NCBI GenBank assembly: GCA_012735495.1
Contig: JAAYHD010000007.1
Coordinates: 6,247-70,246 of the forward strand
Direction: 5' to 3'
Length of the DNA stretch: 64,000 bases
From: Clostridiales bacterium
GTDB lineage: Bacteria; Bacillota; Clostridia; Lachnospirales; Lachnospiraceae
Below the pieces are notes generated by a model that made no database searches, was not told the origin of the DNA, and worked only from the letters and a program-made list of their open reading frames with translations. Both the position numbers and the translations under genes were made by a program. This document shows positions 36,991 to 45,539 of this stretch, in pieces. How positions within the stretch are numbered: position 1 is the first letter of the stretch; every line of letters starts with the position of its first letter.

Positions 36991-37633
36991 ATGAAAAAGG
37001 AATTTACTGTAAAACCGGAAAAAATAACTGAGTTATGGCCTGGGGAGCTTATAACTTATTCATGGCAGGATTTTCTCACGGCAATTCCCTCGCCAATATT
37101 TTTTAGTAACTACATATAAATCCAACGGCAAAGAAAATGCTTGCCTGCAATCCTGGTCAACCTTTGTCGGTGGCGATGGTGAGTTTATTTGTATTATTGG
37201 GTCAGTGTCTAAGGGCGGGCATTTATATCAAAGCTTAAAGGAGACTAAGTGTTGCGTGCTAAATTTCCCGTCCTATGATATTTACGATAAATGCGCGTTA
37301 ACAGTAAAGAATAACGGTTTTGACGATGACGAAATTACCTTGTCAGGACTGACTGCTGAAAAAGCCAGGACTATAAATGCACCCCGGATCGCAGAGTGTT
37401 TTCTCAATATAGAATGTGAATATTTATGGGAGCATGAGCATTTTGAAGGCAGCAGCAGTGTGACGGTGGCCTTAAGGGCTACCCATATTTGCATGGACAG
37501 TGACTATTATGACGAATCAAAGCTTGGCAGATACGGAAAAACAGGATACATGTACAATATACACAGCCCCCGGAACCCGGAAACCGGCGAAGTGATACCG
37601 GACTGTTTTGGGGCGCTGGAAATGTATAAGTGA
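36991..37633 (+). pseudogene. flavin reductase-like (FMN-binding split-barrel) gene interrupted by a 1-nt frameshift in a T6 run
   Basis: Frame 1 reads MKKEFTVKPEKITELWPGELITYSWQDFLTAIPSPIFF and stops at 37117-37119. Frame 2 continues LVTTYKSNGKENACLQSWSTF... to 37633. Deleting one T at 37099-37104 restores ...AIPSPIFLVTTYKSNGKEN..., the conserved P-V-x-LVTT core of the family. Confidence 0.65.
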
Positions 37634-37692
37634 CTATTCCATAAATAGGGGCCGGCTATAAGGCCATTATACCCCAATGGTGACTGTGACCT

Positions 37693-38508
37693 TTATAATT
37701 TCACCATCACCGGCCTGCCTTCCCTGAAAACAGCATAATATCTGAATCCGCACTCCTTAAGCAAACCCTCCGCCTTTTCAAAGTCGTGGCACAGGTGCTC
37801 GGGCTGGTGGGCGTCGGAACCGATGGTAATGATTTCGCCGCCCAGTTCTTTATAGCGTTTTATGACTTCAGCCTTGGGATGGGGATGGCCGAGGCCGTAC
37901 TTGTATCCCGAGGTGTTGAGCTCGATGCCTTTTCCATGCTTTATTACAGTCTTTAAAATCTCATCTATAACATCCGCATAATACGGGTAGGAATATTCCT
38001 TGTAATTTATCTTGCTGCTTGGGGCGTATCGGACGATATAATCGATATGCCCGCAGACATGGTAATCCTGGAAATTCTCGCAGCTTTCCTTAACCATATG
38101 GAAGCATCTGAGCAAGCCGTCCTCTTCGCTGCGGTTTTCCCAGTAATCGGGGTAATACGGATCCATATGGTCAATTACATGGACGGAATTAATGATAAAG
38201 TCAAAGGGGTATTTCTCAACAAGGGCCTTCATACGGTCTATAACCTGCGGCTGATAGCCAAGCTCAATTCCGGTCAAGATCTCAATCCGGGATTTATACT
38301 TTTCCTTCATTTCCTCAAGCTTGGCAATATAATCATCCGTGTTAAGCTCAAATGTATATTTGTACTGGTTGGGGAAGTCATAATCCATATGGTCGGTAAA
38401 GCATATGGTCTTAAGCCCCAGCAGGATACCTTGCTCGATCATTTCTTCCATGGCGGCCTTTCCGTCGCTGGAAAAGACAGAATGTACATGAAAATCAGCC
38501 GTAATCAT
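37693..38508 (-). CDS. hisJ: histidinol-phosphatase, PHP (HisJ/HisK) family
   Basis: The start is MITADFHVHSVFSSDG... Further PHP metal-binding motifs are CFTDHMD, GHIDY, ELNTSG and GSDAH. Confidence 0.8.
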   Translation of the reverse strand: MITADFHVHSVFSSDGKAAMEEMIEQGILLGLKTICFTDHMDYDFPNQYKYTFELNTDDYIAKLEEMKEKYKSRIEILTGIELGYQPQVIDRMKALVEKYPFDFIINSVHVIDHMDPYYPDYWENRSEEDGLLRCFHMVKESCENFQDYHVCGHIDYIVRYAPSSKINYKEYSYPYYADVIDEILKTVIKHGKGIELNTSGYKYGLGHPHPKAEVIKRYKELGGEIITIGSDAHQPEHLCHDFEKAEGLLKECGFRYYAVFREGRPVMVKL

Positions 38509-38585
38509 ATCATTTTCCTCCGTGTGTGTTGCATCATATATTCCGTTTAATTTTATCCGTCTGTAACTGTTTTAGTAATAGCAGA

Positions 38586-40358
38586 TTAATCCTCAATCTT
38601 TCTTATACCCGTTATATCCGTATCAACCACCATGGAGTAGTTGGTACTGTATATTACAAAACCCGGAACTTTACCGTTTGGTTTTTTTATGTTCTTCCGT
38701 TTTGTATAGTCCACCTCAACCTTGTCGGCATTCCTTGCGCTGCTGTAGTATGCCGCAAGCCGGGCCGCCTCCTCGAAGGTCCTGTCCGGAAGCATGTCGG
38801 TCCCTTCGGACTTGACTATCACATGGGAACCTGGAAGGTTCTTGGCATGGAACCACCAGTCACCGCCGCCGGCAAGCTTGAAGGTTATCTCTTCGTTCTG
38901 ATAATTGTTCTTGCCCACATAAATGTGATATCCGTCGGAGGATACATAATGAAGTGGCTTGCTAACGGCATTCTTCCCGTATCTGTCCTTCGCCGATGGC
39001 CTTCCCGCATCGGGTTTTTTCTTTATATAGCCATATTCCATCAGCTCGCGCTTTAATTCGTTTAGATCATGCTCATTTGCAGCCATGTCCAGGGAAACCC
39101 GGATTGATTCCAGATGCCTGATTTCATCCTCGGTTTCTTTTATCAGGGAAGACAGGGCCTCATATGTCCGTTTAAGTTTGCCGTATTTTTCGAAATACAT
39201 TTTGGCATTATCCATTGGTGACATTGTCGGGTCAAGAGGTATACGGATTTCTTCATTATTATTGTAATAGTTTTGCGCAGCCAGCTCCTTTGCGCCTTCT
39301 TCCAATCCATAGCCGTACGCTGTGATAAGCTCTCCGTACAGCTTGTATTTATCCCTTTTTTCCGTATCCTGGAGCTGCTTAAGCTGTAAATCATATTTCT
39401 TAACTGCGCGCTCAATCGAGTTTGCGACCAGCTTGCGAAGGTCTGCGGACTTTTGCTGCATTACGGACAGGGCGTGTTTCTCCGCATAATATGTCTCAAG
39501 CATGGATGACGCCGTTGAACATGTCTTGACCTCGTATCCCGGGTAGCAGGTCAGCTCAATGCTTGAAAACTCAACCGGACCCTTGTCACCGATTATGATA
39601 TTCGGAGAAAAGTCCTTGTTCTTAACCTGTTCCATTATCCTTTCGAAGCTGCGATAAAGGTGCAGCCCCATGGCTTCGTCAAGCGAGGAGGTCGATGCGT
39701 CGGAATCAATGGAAGCCCTGTAGCATATTTCATTGGCAGCTAATGGGCTGATGCCTGTAAGGCCTGTATATATGGCTTTGCCGACCGGCATGGCTTTGCT
39801 CAGGATGTTTTTCTTAAAGGCGTTATAATCGGCAGTCAGCGGATCAAGCTTCTTTACGGTTTCGGGAATGAAATACTTTCTTCCGGGCAGCACTTCACGG
39901 ACCGAGCTCATGAACTGGCTGACCCTTTTAATGCTGTCTATTATGGTCATTGAGTCGTCGCAGAAGATGATGTTGCTGTGTTTGCCCATAAGCTCTATTA
40001 TCAGGTATTTTACCTTCAAGTCTCCAAGCTCGTCCATATGCTCGATTTTTATAAAGACAACCCTTTCAAGACCGGGCTGGGTAATCTCAAGGATTTTTCC
40101 GTTCGTCAGGTGCTTGCGCAGAAGCATGCAGAAGTTCGGAGCGGTTATGGGGCTTGGTTTTGAGCCTTCCGTTAGATATATAAGCGGCATTCCAGCCCCT
40201 GCGCTCAGAAATAATTTATATGCATCCCTGTCCTGTCCTTTTATGGTCAATAACAGCTCATCCTTTTCCGGCTGGGCAATCTTATTTATCCTTCCTCCGG
40301 CAAGAGTGCTGTTTAACTCATGTACGATATTTGCAACAACAATTCCATCAAGTGCCAT
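38586..40358 (-). CDS. rqcH: ribosome quality-control factor RqcH (NFACT / fibronectin-binding protein A family)
   Basis: The N-terminus is MALDGIVVANIVHELNSTLAGGRINKIAQPEKDELLL. A coiled-coil middle region follows. The C-terminus has ...WFHAKNLPGSHVIV... GGGAGG lies upstream of the ATG at 40358. Confidence 0.85.
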   Translation of the reverse strand: MALDGIVVANIVHELNSTLAGGRINKIAQPEKDELLLTIKGQDRDAYKLFLSAGAGMPLIYLTEGSKPSPITAPNFCMLLRKHLTNGKILEITQPGLERVVFIKIEHMDELGDLKVKYLIIELMGKHSNIIFCDDSMTIIDSIKRVSQFMSSVREVLPGRKYFIPETVKKLDPLTADYNAFKKNILSKAMPVGKAIYTGLTGISPLAANEICYRASIDSDASTSSLDEAMGLHLYRSFERIMEQVKNKDFSPNIIIGDKGPVEFSSIELTCYPGYEVKTCSTASSMLETYYAEKHALSVMQQKSADLRKLVANSIERAVKKYDLQLKQLQDTEKRDKYKLYGELITAYGYGLEEGAKELAAQNYYNNNEEIRIPLDPTMSPMDNAKMYFEKYGKLKRTYEALSSLIKETEDEIRHLESIRVSLDMAANEHDLNELKRELMEYGYIKKKPDAGRPSAKDRYGKNAVSKPLHYVSSDGYHIYVGKNNYQNEEITFKLAGGGDWWFHAKNLPGSHVIVKSEGTDMLPDRTFEEAARLAAYYSSARNADKVEVDYTKRKNIKKPNGKVPGFVIYSTNYSMVVDTDITGIRKIED

Positions 40359-40559
40359 ATGAACCTCCCGGATCAATCATATCCGTTTATCAGTGAACAT
40401 TATAACATAAACCGTATCCCATATGTATCATAACGTTTGAAATATGTAAAAAATACCACATGATTTTTGCGGGGGCATGTTGTATAATACTTTTGTAACA
40501 TATTTAATAATTATGTAATAATTACAGCATTAAAAATACTGATATTAGTGGAGGCAGGT

Positions 40560-41570
40560 ATGACTAAGAAGGTGAGACGTATTGCTGCGTGTTGTATGAT
40601 GGGCTTGCTGGTGTTGGCGGGCGGCGCAAAAACAGCATATGCGGCAGGAGAACCTGTTGCGGGAATAGTAGTTTTGCTTAACGAAACGGATATAAGCGAT
40701 ATTATTGAGCCTATCATAGAATATCACGACTTGGCAATAGCAAATGTTACTAACTATGTCAACATCAGAAGCGAAGCAAGCACAGCCGGCAAGCTGGTCG
40801 GAAAGCTCTACAGCAATGGAACATGCACGGTACTTTCCCGGGAAGGTGAATGGACGAAGGTAAAATCGGGAAATGTAACAGGGTACATAATGTCAAGGTA
40901 TCTTTATACCGGTCAAAAGGTTTATGAAATGGCCGACAGCATAAAAACAAAGCTCGCCACCGTCAAAGCCCGGGTGCTGAACGTCAGGGCCAAGGCAGGT
41001 ACCAATTACGATATAGTGACCCAGGTGCCGCAGGGATTTGTCATGGAAGTACTGGATGAACAGCAGGATTGGGTAAAGGTTTCCATCGGGGACAAGACCG
41101 GATATGTACATTCTGCCTACGTTGGTATTGAAACAGGGTTTAAGCAGGCTGTTTCTGTGGAGGAGGAGCAGGCCATTGAAAATCTTGAAAAGAATAGGCA
41201 GAGTTCATCTTTAAGGCAGCAGATAGTAAACTATGCGCTGAAGTTTCTGGGTAACCCCTATGTATGGGGAGGAACCAGTCTGACAAAGGGAGCCGACTGT
41301 TCGGGCTTTACCCAATCCGTTTTGAAAAAATTCGGAATATACATTCCGAGAACATCAAGAGAACAGGCAAGGGGCGGAAGGAGAGTATCCTTTAGCAATA
41401 TGAAGCCCGGTGATTTGATTTTCTATACCAGGAACGGAGTCGTAAACCATGTGGCCATGTACATAGGAAACGGCAAGGTGGTAGGCGCCGCAAGCAGGAG
41501 AGAAGGCATTACCATAAAGGATTTCAACTACAGGACGCCGTACAAGGCCGTAAGTTATATAAATAATTAA
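40560..41570 (+). CDS. secreted cell-wall hydrolase: two SH3b-like domains plus a C-terminal NlpC/P60 domain
   Basis: The signal peptide ends in ...AKTAYA. The SH3-like repeats are VNIRSEASTAGKLVGKLYSNG and LNVRAKAGTNYDIVTQVPQG. The NlpC/P60 core is GADCSGFTQ...NHVAMYIGNG. Confidence 0.85.
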   Translation: MTKKVRRIAACCMMGLLVLAGGAKTAYAAGEPVAGIVVLLNETDISDIIEPIIEYHDLAIANVTNYVNIRSEASTAGKLVGKLYSNGTCTVLSREGEWTKVKSGNVTGYIMSRYLYTGQKVYEMADSIKTKLATVKARVLNVRAKAGTNYDIVTQVPQGFVMEVLDEQQDWVKVSIGDKTGYVHSAYVGIETGFKQAVSVEEEQAIENLEKNRQSSSLRQQIVNYALKFLGNPYVWGGTSLTKGADCSGFTQSVLKKFGIYIPRTSREQARGGRRVSFSNMKPGDLIFYTRNGVVNHVAMYIGNGKVVGAASRREGITIKDFNYRTPYKAVSYINN

Positions 41571-41602
41571 ATACATTATAGGATTGTTGTAAATTCAAAG
41601 TA

Positions 41603-41658
41603 TATAGCCCCGTATCGAAAGACGGATTTCCCACCTGGCAATACGGGGCTATTTTTTT
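41603..41658 (+). terminator. rho-independent terminator (long-loop hairpin plus T7)
   Basis: ATAGCCCCGTAT (41603-41614) pairs with ATACGGGGCTAT (41641-41652). TTTTTTT follows. Confidence 0.6.
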
Positions 41659-41789
41659 ACGGGAGAGATGTGCTTATTGGAAGAGGGGCATGGAATAATA
41701 AATTTCATGCCCCTCTAATATTGATTATGATTTGGGAGATGATATAATAAATAAAGAGGGTATCATAAAATATTGAAAGGGGTAATGGT

Positions 41790-41984
41790 ATGGAACCTAA
41801 AAAGCTGTATCGCTCTTCTACGAACAGGATGATTTGCGGCGTATGCCAGGGCATAGCCGAGTATCTTAATATGGATCCTACGGTAGTGAGGCTGCTGTGG
41901 GTTGTATTGAGTGTATTTTGCGGTGCCGGTATACTTGGTGTACTTGTATATATAGCTGCGGCAATTATTATGCCTGTAAGATAA
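41790..41984 (+). CDS. PspC-domain membrane protein
   Basis: 64 aa. LYRSSTNRMICGVCQGIAEYLNMDPTVVRLLWV is the PspC signature, followed by one TM helix. Confidence 0.75.
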   Translation: MEPKKLYRSSTNRMICGVCQGIAEYLNMDPTVVRLLWVVLSVFCGAGILGVLVYIAAAIIMPVR

Positions 41985-42015
41985 CACACTAATTGAAAAT
42001 GATAGATATAAGAAC

Positions 42016-42056
42016 AGAATCGTTCCTGTCCTGATGACAGGGACGATTCTTTATTT
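42016..42056. terminator. bidirectional terminator between the convergent pspC-like and cheY genes
   Basis: AGAATCGTTCCTGTC-CTGAT-GACAGGGACGATTCT forms a 15-bp stem with one G-U pair. Both flanks are T-rich. Confidence 0.65.
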
Positions 42057-42075
42057 AGGATGATTTACTCTGCAC

Positions 42076-42441
42076 TTATTCTTGATTTGCTACCTTGTCG
42101 ATAATTTCTATTATCTGCTCAGCTTCGAAGGGCTTGGTCAGGAATTCAACCGCGCCATGCTTAACGGCGTCAACCATCTTTGTTTTCTGACCTGCAGCCG
42201 TTACCATGACAACCTTGGCATTCTTGTCGACTTCCATGATTCTTTTCAAGGCTTCCAATCCGTCCATAACCGGCATGGTAATATCCATGGTAATTATGTC
42301 CGGATTAAGCTCGATATATTTATCAACCGATTCTTCACCGTTTGCTGCTTCACCTATCACAGTATGGCCATTTGACTCAAGAATGTTTTTCAGTATTCTT
42401 CTTGAGGTTTTTGAATCATCAACAATAAGAATTCTTGCCAT
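42076..42441 (-). CDS. cheY: stand-alone CheY-like response regulator (receiver domain only)
   Basis: 121 aa. ILIVDDS, the phospho-acceptor context DIITMDITMP, VVMVTA and the conserved Lys in LTKPF are all present. Its GGGAGGG RBS overlaps the stop codon of the upstream gene. Confidence 0.85.
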   Translation of the reverse strand: MARILIVDDSKTSRRILKNILESNGHTVIGEAANGEESVDKYIELNPDIITMDITMPVMDGLEALKRIMEVDKNAKVVMVTAAGQKTKMVDAVKHGAVEFLTKPFEAEQIIEIIDKVANQE

Positions 42442-42454
42442 TTCAATACCCTCC

Positions 42455-43342
42455 CTATATTATTTCAACTTTTTGGTCGACAGCAACCAGCAGGTCTGTC
42501 TGCTTGCCATTTATTATGATGGGAACAACATATATGTTTCCATCACATTTAAGGGCTTTGTTCTGAGCATAATTAGGAGGTGTCATATCGATATGTATGT
42601 CTTCCCTGCTCAGCTTTGAGGCAAACAACCCGTTGCTGCAGTTTATGAATTCGCATACTGAGTCAAAGGCATCTTCATCCATAGCCTCAAATTCCATCTT
42701 TGCAAACGGGCTGGCTATACTCAGCAGCGCTTCGTCCTCACCGGCAAATGCAACGAATATGTTATGCAGCCCGACCAGCTGCTGATAAGCCAATGAAGGG
42801 AAGGAGTATTCCCTGACGGTGTAAGATTTCTTCAGCATAATGTTGCTGTTGGCAAATCTTACAATATTCCTTATAGCCAATGAGATGCATTCACCTGCAA
42901 ACGGAACACTTGTTTTTACGAATAACGGAATTATACGGTCGATATCACCGGATTTGAGAGCCACTAAATCTGCGTCGGAAAATCCATTGTCCTTCTTGAA
43001 TTCTTCAAGGGCTTCCTCAATTTGTTCCAAGGTCATTATATTTTTCTCGGTAAGAGCCTGTACAAATTTAATATAAGGATTTCCTTGAAGCTTTAATAAG
43101 TATTCTACATCTTCCCTTTTTAAATATCCCTTCTCTATGGCAATATCGCCAAAGCGTCTGTCCTCATGCTTTTGAAGCTCGTTCAGTTCTTCGGCTTGCT
43201 TGGATGTAAGCAGCTTTTCGGCTACGGTAATCAAGCCCAGTTTTATATGAGAAGTATTCTGCTGCCTTAAAACATCCATTAATAGCGAATGAGATATTTT
43301 CCCTTTTTTCAATAAGTAATCCCCAAAGTATAGACCGAACAT
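42455..43342 (-). CDS. CheX-type CheY-P phosphatase domain fused to an N-terminal triple MshEN/T2SSE_N-like repeat
   Basis: AAAGGAGAAG RBS lies before the ATG at 43342. The track ORF extends further upstream through an AT-rich, non-coding-looking stretch. The C-terminus has DSVCEFINCSNGLFASKLSREDIHIDMTPP, matching the CheC/CheX signature D/S-x3-E-x2-N-x20-PP. The N-terminus has three 24-aa units (aa 5-28, 34-57, 63-86) separated by 5-aa spacers. Confidence 0.7.
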   Translation of the reverse strand: MFGLYFGDYLLKKGKISHSLLMDVLRQQNTSHIKLGLITVAEKLLTSKQAEELNELQKHEDRRFGDIAIEKGYLKREDVEYLLKLQGNPYIKFVQALTEKNIMTLEQIEEALEEFKKDNGFSDADLVALKSGDIDRIIPLFVKTSVPFAGECISLAIRNIVRFANSNIMLKKSYTVREYSFPSLAYQQLVGLHNIFVAFAGEDEALLSIASPFAKMEFEAMDEDAFDSVCEFINCSNGLFASKLSREDIHIDMTPPNYAQNKALKCDGNIYVVPIIINGKQTDLLVAVDQKVEII

Positions 43343-43708
43343 GATGCTTCTCCTTTCTCCTATTAGCGCAGTATAGTATTGGATGATGCAAAACGTGCCC
43401 TGTGTATGTATAATATTTTGATATATATAATATACAACAAAATTAATAAAAAAGACAGTATTTATTAAAAAAAATAGCAAAAATTTGATTTAATGGCGGG
43501 ATTATGCACAAATAATTGTAAATATGTGTATTATTTTTAGCCAACATAGGGTATACATCTTTGTTTTTATATACAAAAAGGACATATTGTGCAAAAATAA
43601 CTAAATATGCATACAAATGAACAATTATGCATCCGGGAAAATTTTGATGACATTTATGCTTCTCTGTGATAAATTATTGAGTAAGCTAAAATGATATTGG
43701 AGGTAATC

Positions 43709-45481
43709 ATGAAGAAGTTGATTGACTTATTGTCGGAGGATGTGAAAAAGGCTTTTGTATTCAAGGGATACGATGAAAAGTACGGTATTGTGACACTGTC
43801 GAACAGGCCGGATTTATGCCAATACCAGTGCAATGGCGCTTTGGCCGCCGCCAAGGAATACAGGAAGGCGCCGATTATTATTGCCCAGGAGATAGCCGAG
43901 GTATTGCGGGGCAGCGGAAAGATAAAGGATGTTGCCGCCTTTAATCCCGGTTTTATTAATATAAACATAAGCGACAAGTTCCTGGCTGAATACATCAATG
44001 ACATGAGAAAAGCCGAAGATTTCGGATGTGAGAAGGAGCCCGCTCCTAAAAAGATTATCATTGATTACGGCGGGCCGAACATCGCAAAGCCCCTCCATGT
44101 AGGGCATATGCGTTCGGCAATAATTGGTGAAAGCCTAAAGCGCATATTTAAATTCATGGGAAATGAAGCAATAGGCGATGTACATTTAGGTGACTGGGGA
44201 ACTCCCATGGGACTTGTTATTGCCGAGTTAAAGAGAAGGAAACCGGACCTGGTATACTTTGATGAAAGCTATACGGGTGAATATCCCGAGGAGGCGCCGT
44301 TTACCATATCCGAGCTTGAGGAGATCTATCCTGCAGCCAGCGCCTACTCCAAGGAAAACCCGGAGTTTCTTGAAGAGGCGAAGAGAATTACCTATCTCAT
44401 GCAAAACGGCCACAGGGGATATATGGCGCTTTGGAAGCATATGCAGGATGTATCCGTAACAGACTTAAAGAAAATTTATGACAGCATGAACGTCTCCTTT
44501 GAGCTGTGGAAGAAGGAAAGCGATGCGCAGCCGTATGTTAATGACATGGTTGATTATTTGAAAAAGAACGGTTATGCGCACATAAGCGACGGTGCCCTGA
44601 TTGTCGACGTCAAGGAGGAAACCGATACCAAGGAAATACCGCCGTTTATGGTGTTGAAGTCCGACGGAGCCACATTGTACAGCACGACGGATCTTGCTAC
44701 CATTGTTGAGAGGATGAAGCTGTTTAACCCCGATCGGATACTATATATCACCGACAAGAGGCAGGAGCTTCATTTTGAGCTTCTGTTCAGGTGTGCAAGG
44801 AAGGCAAAGATCGTTAATGAGAATACAGAGCTTCAGTTCATAGGCTTCGGAACCATGAACGGCAAAGACGGCAAACCTTTCAAGACCAGGGAAGGCGGAG
44901 TAATGCGCCTGGAATACCTGATTAAGATGGTTACCGACGAAGTATACCGCAAGATCATGGAAAACCGTGATATGGACGAGAACGAAGCCAGGGACATTGC
45001 TGCGAAGGTGGGTTTGGCTGCGTTGAAATACGGTGATCTGTCCAACCAGGCATCCAAGGATTATATATTTGATTTGGAGCGCTTTACGTCCTTCGAAGGC
45101 AATACCGGGCCATACATTCTCTATACCATTGTTAGGATAAAATCCATACTGGAGAAGTTCAAAGAAACCGGAAAAAGCATAAATCCCGGTGCGGATATAC
45201 TGCCGCCGTGCACGCCCTTGGAGAGGGATCTTATGCTGCAGATTACAAGGTTCAGTGACATGATGCATCTGGCCTATGAGGAGATGGCTCCCCACAGGAT
45301 ATGCCAGTATATTTACGATCTGGCGGACAAGTTCAGCAGCTTTTATCACGAAACCAAGATAATATCCGATGAAAACAGCGAAGAAAGGCAGTCTTCCTTA
45401 ATAAGCATGATTTCGCTTATACAGGAATTGCTTAAGACATGCATAAACCTGCTGGGATTTGAAGCTCCTGAAAGGATGTAA
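43709..45481 (+). CDS. argS: arginine--tRNA ligase
   Basis: GGAGGT RBS. The class I HIGH motif is PNIAKPLHVGHMRS. The C-terminal anticodon-binding domain and overall length fit ArgS. Confidence 0.95.
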   Translation: MKKLIDLLSEDVKKAFVFKGYDEKYGIVTLSNRPDLCQYQCNGALAAAKEYRKAPIIIAQEIAEVLRGSGKIKDVAAFNPGFININISDKFLAEYINDMRKAEDFGCEKEPAPKKIIIDYGGPNIAKPLHVGHMRSAIIGESLKRIFKFMGNEAIGDVHLGDWGTPMGLVIAELKRRKPDLVYFDESYTGEYPEEAPFTISELEEIYPAASAYSKENPEFLEEAKRITYLMQNGHRGYMALWKHMQDVSVTDLKKIYDSMNVSFELWKKESDAQPYVNDMVDYLKKNGYAHISDGALIVDVKEETDTKEIPPFMVLKSDGATLYSTTDLATIVERMKLFNPDRILYITDKRQELHFELLFRCARKAKIVNENTELQFIGFGTMNGKDGKPFKTREGGVMRLEYLIKMVTDEVYRKIMENRDMDENEARDIAAKVGLAALKYGDLSNQASKDYIFDLERFTSFEGNTGPYILYTIVRIKSILEKFKETGKSINPGADILPPCTPLERDLMLQITRFSDMMHLAYEEMAPHRICQYIYDLADKFSSFYHETKIISDENSEERQSSLISMISLIQELLKTCINLLGFEAPERM

Positions 45482-45539
45482 CCGCGTTTTTCCGGCAACT
45501 AACGACATATAACATAGATTTATATGATTCTAAGACGGG

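Noticed and set aside
38047-39056. Plus-strand ORFs 38047..38550 and 38526..39056 (167 and 176 aa).
   Set aside because: They are antisense to the PHP histidinol-phosphatase gene and rqcH, both of which have clear family signatures. The translations look random.
41683-41715. A perfect 10-bp hairpin (GAGGGGCATG-13 nt-CATGCCCCTC) between the nlpC/P60 terminator and the pspC-like gene.
   Set aside because: There is no T-run on either strand and no recognisable riboswitch or sRNA features. The minus-strand ORFs overlapping it (41705..41989) are antisense to the pspC-like gene. It is noted but not interpretable from sequence alone.
43343-43708. A possible T-box or other riboswitch in the 366-nt region upstream of argS.
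   Set aside because: The region is very AT-rich. It lacks the conserved T-box sequence (compare AAATTGGGTGGTACCACG at 56488) and has no terminator/antiterminator pair. It is more simply a divergent promoter region for argS and the cheX-like operon.
44741-45349. A 202-aa minus-strand ORF inside argS.
   Set aside because: It is an antisense shadow of an essential, well-conserved gene. It has no motif and no RBS.
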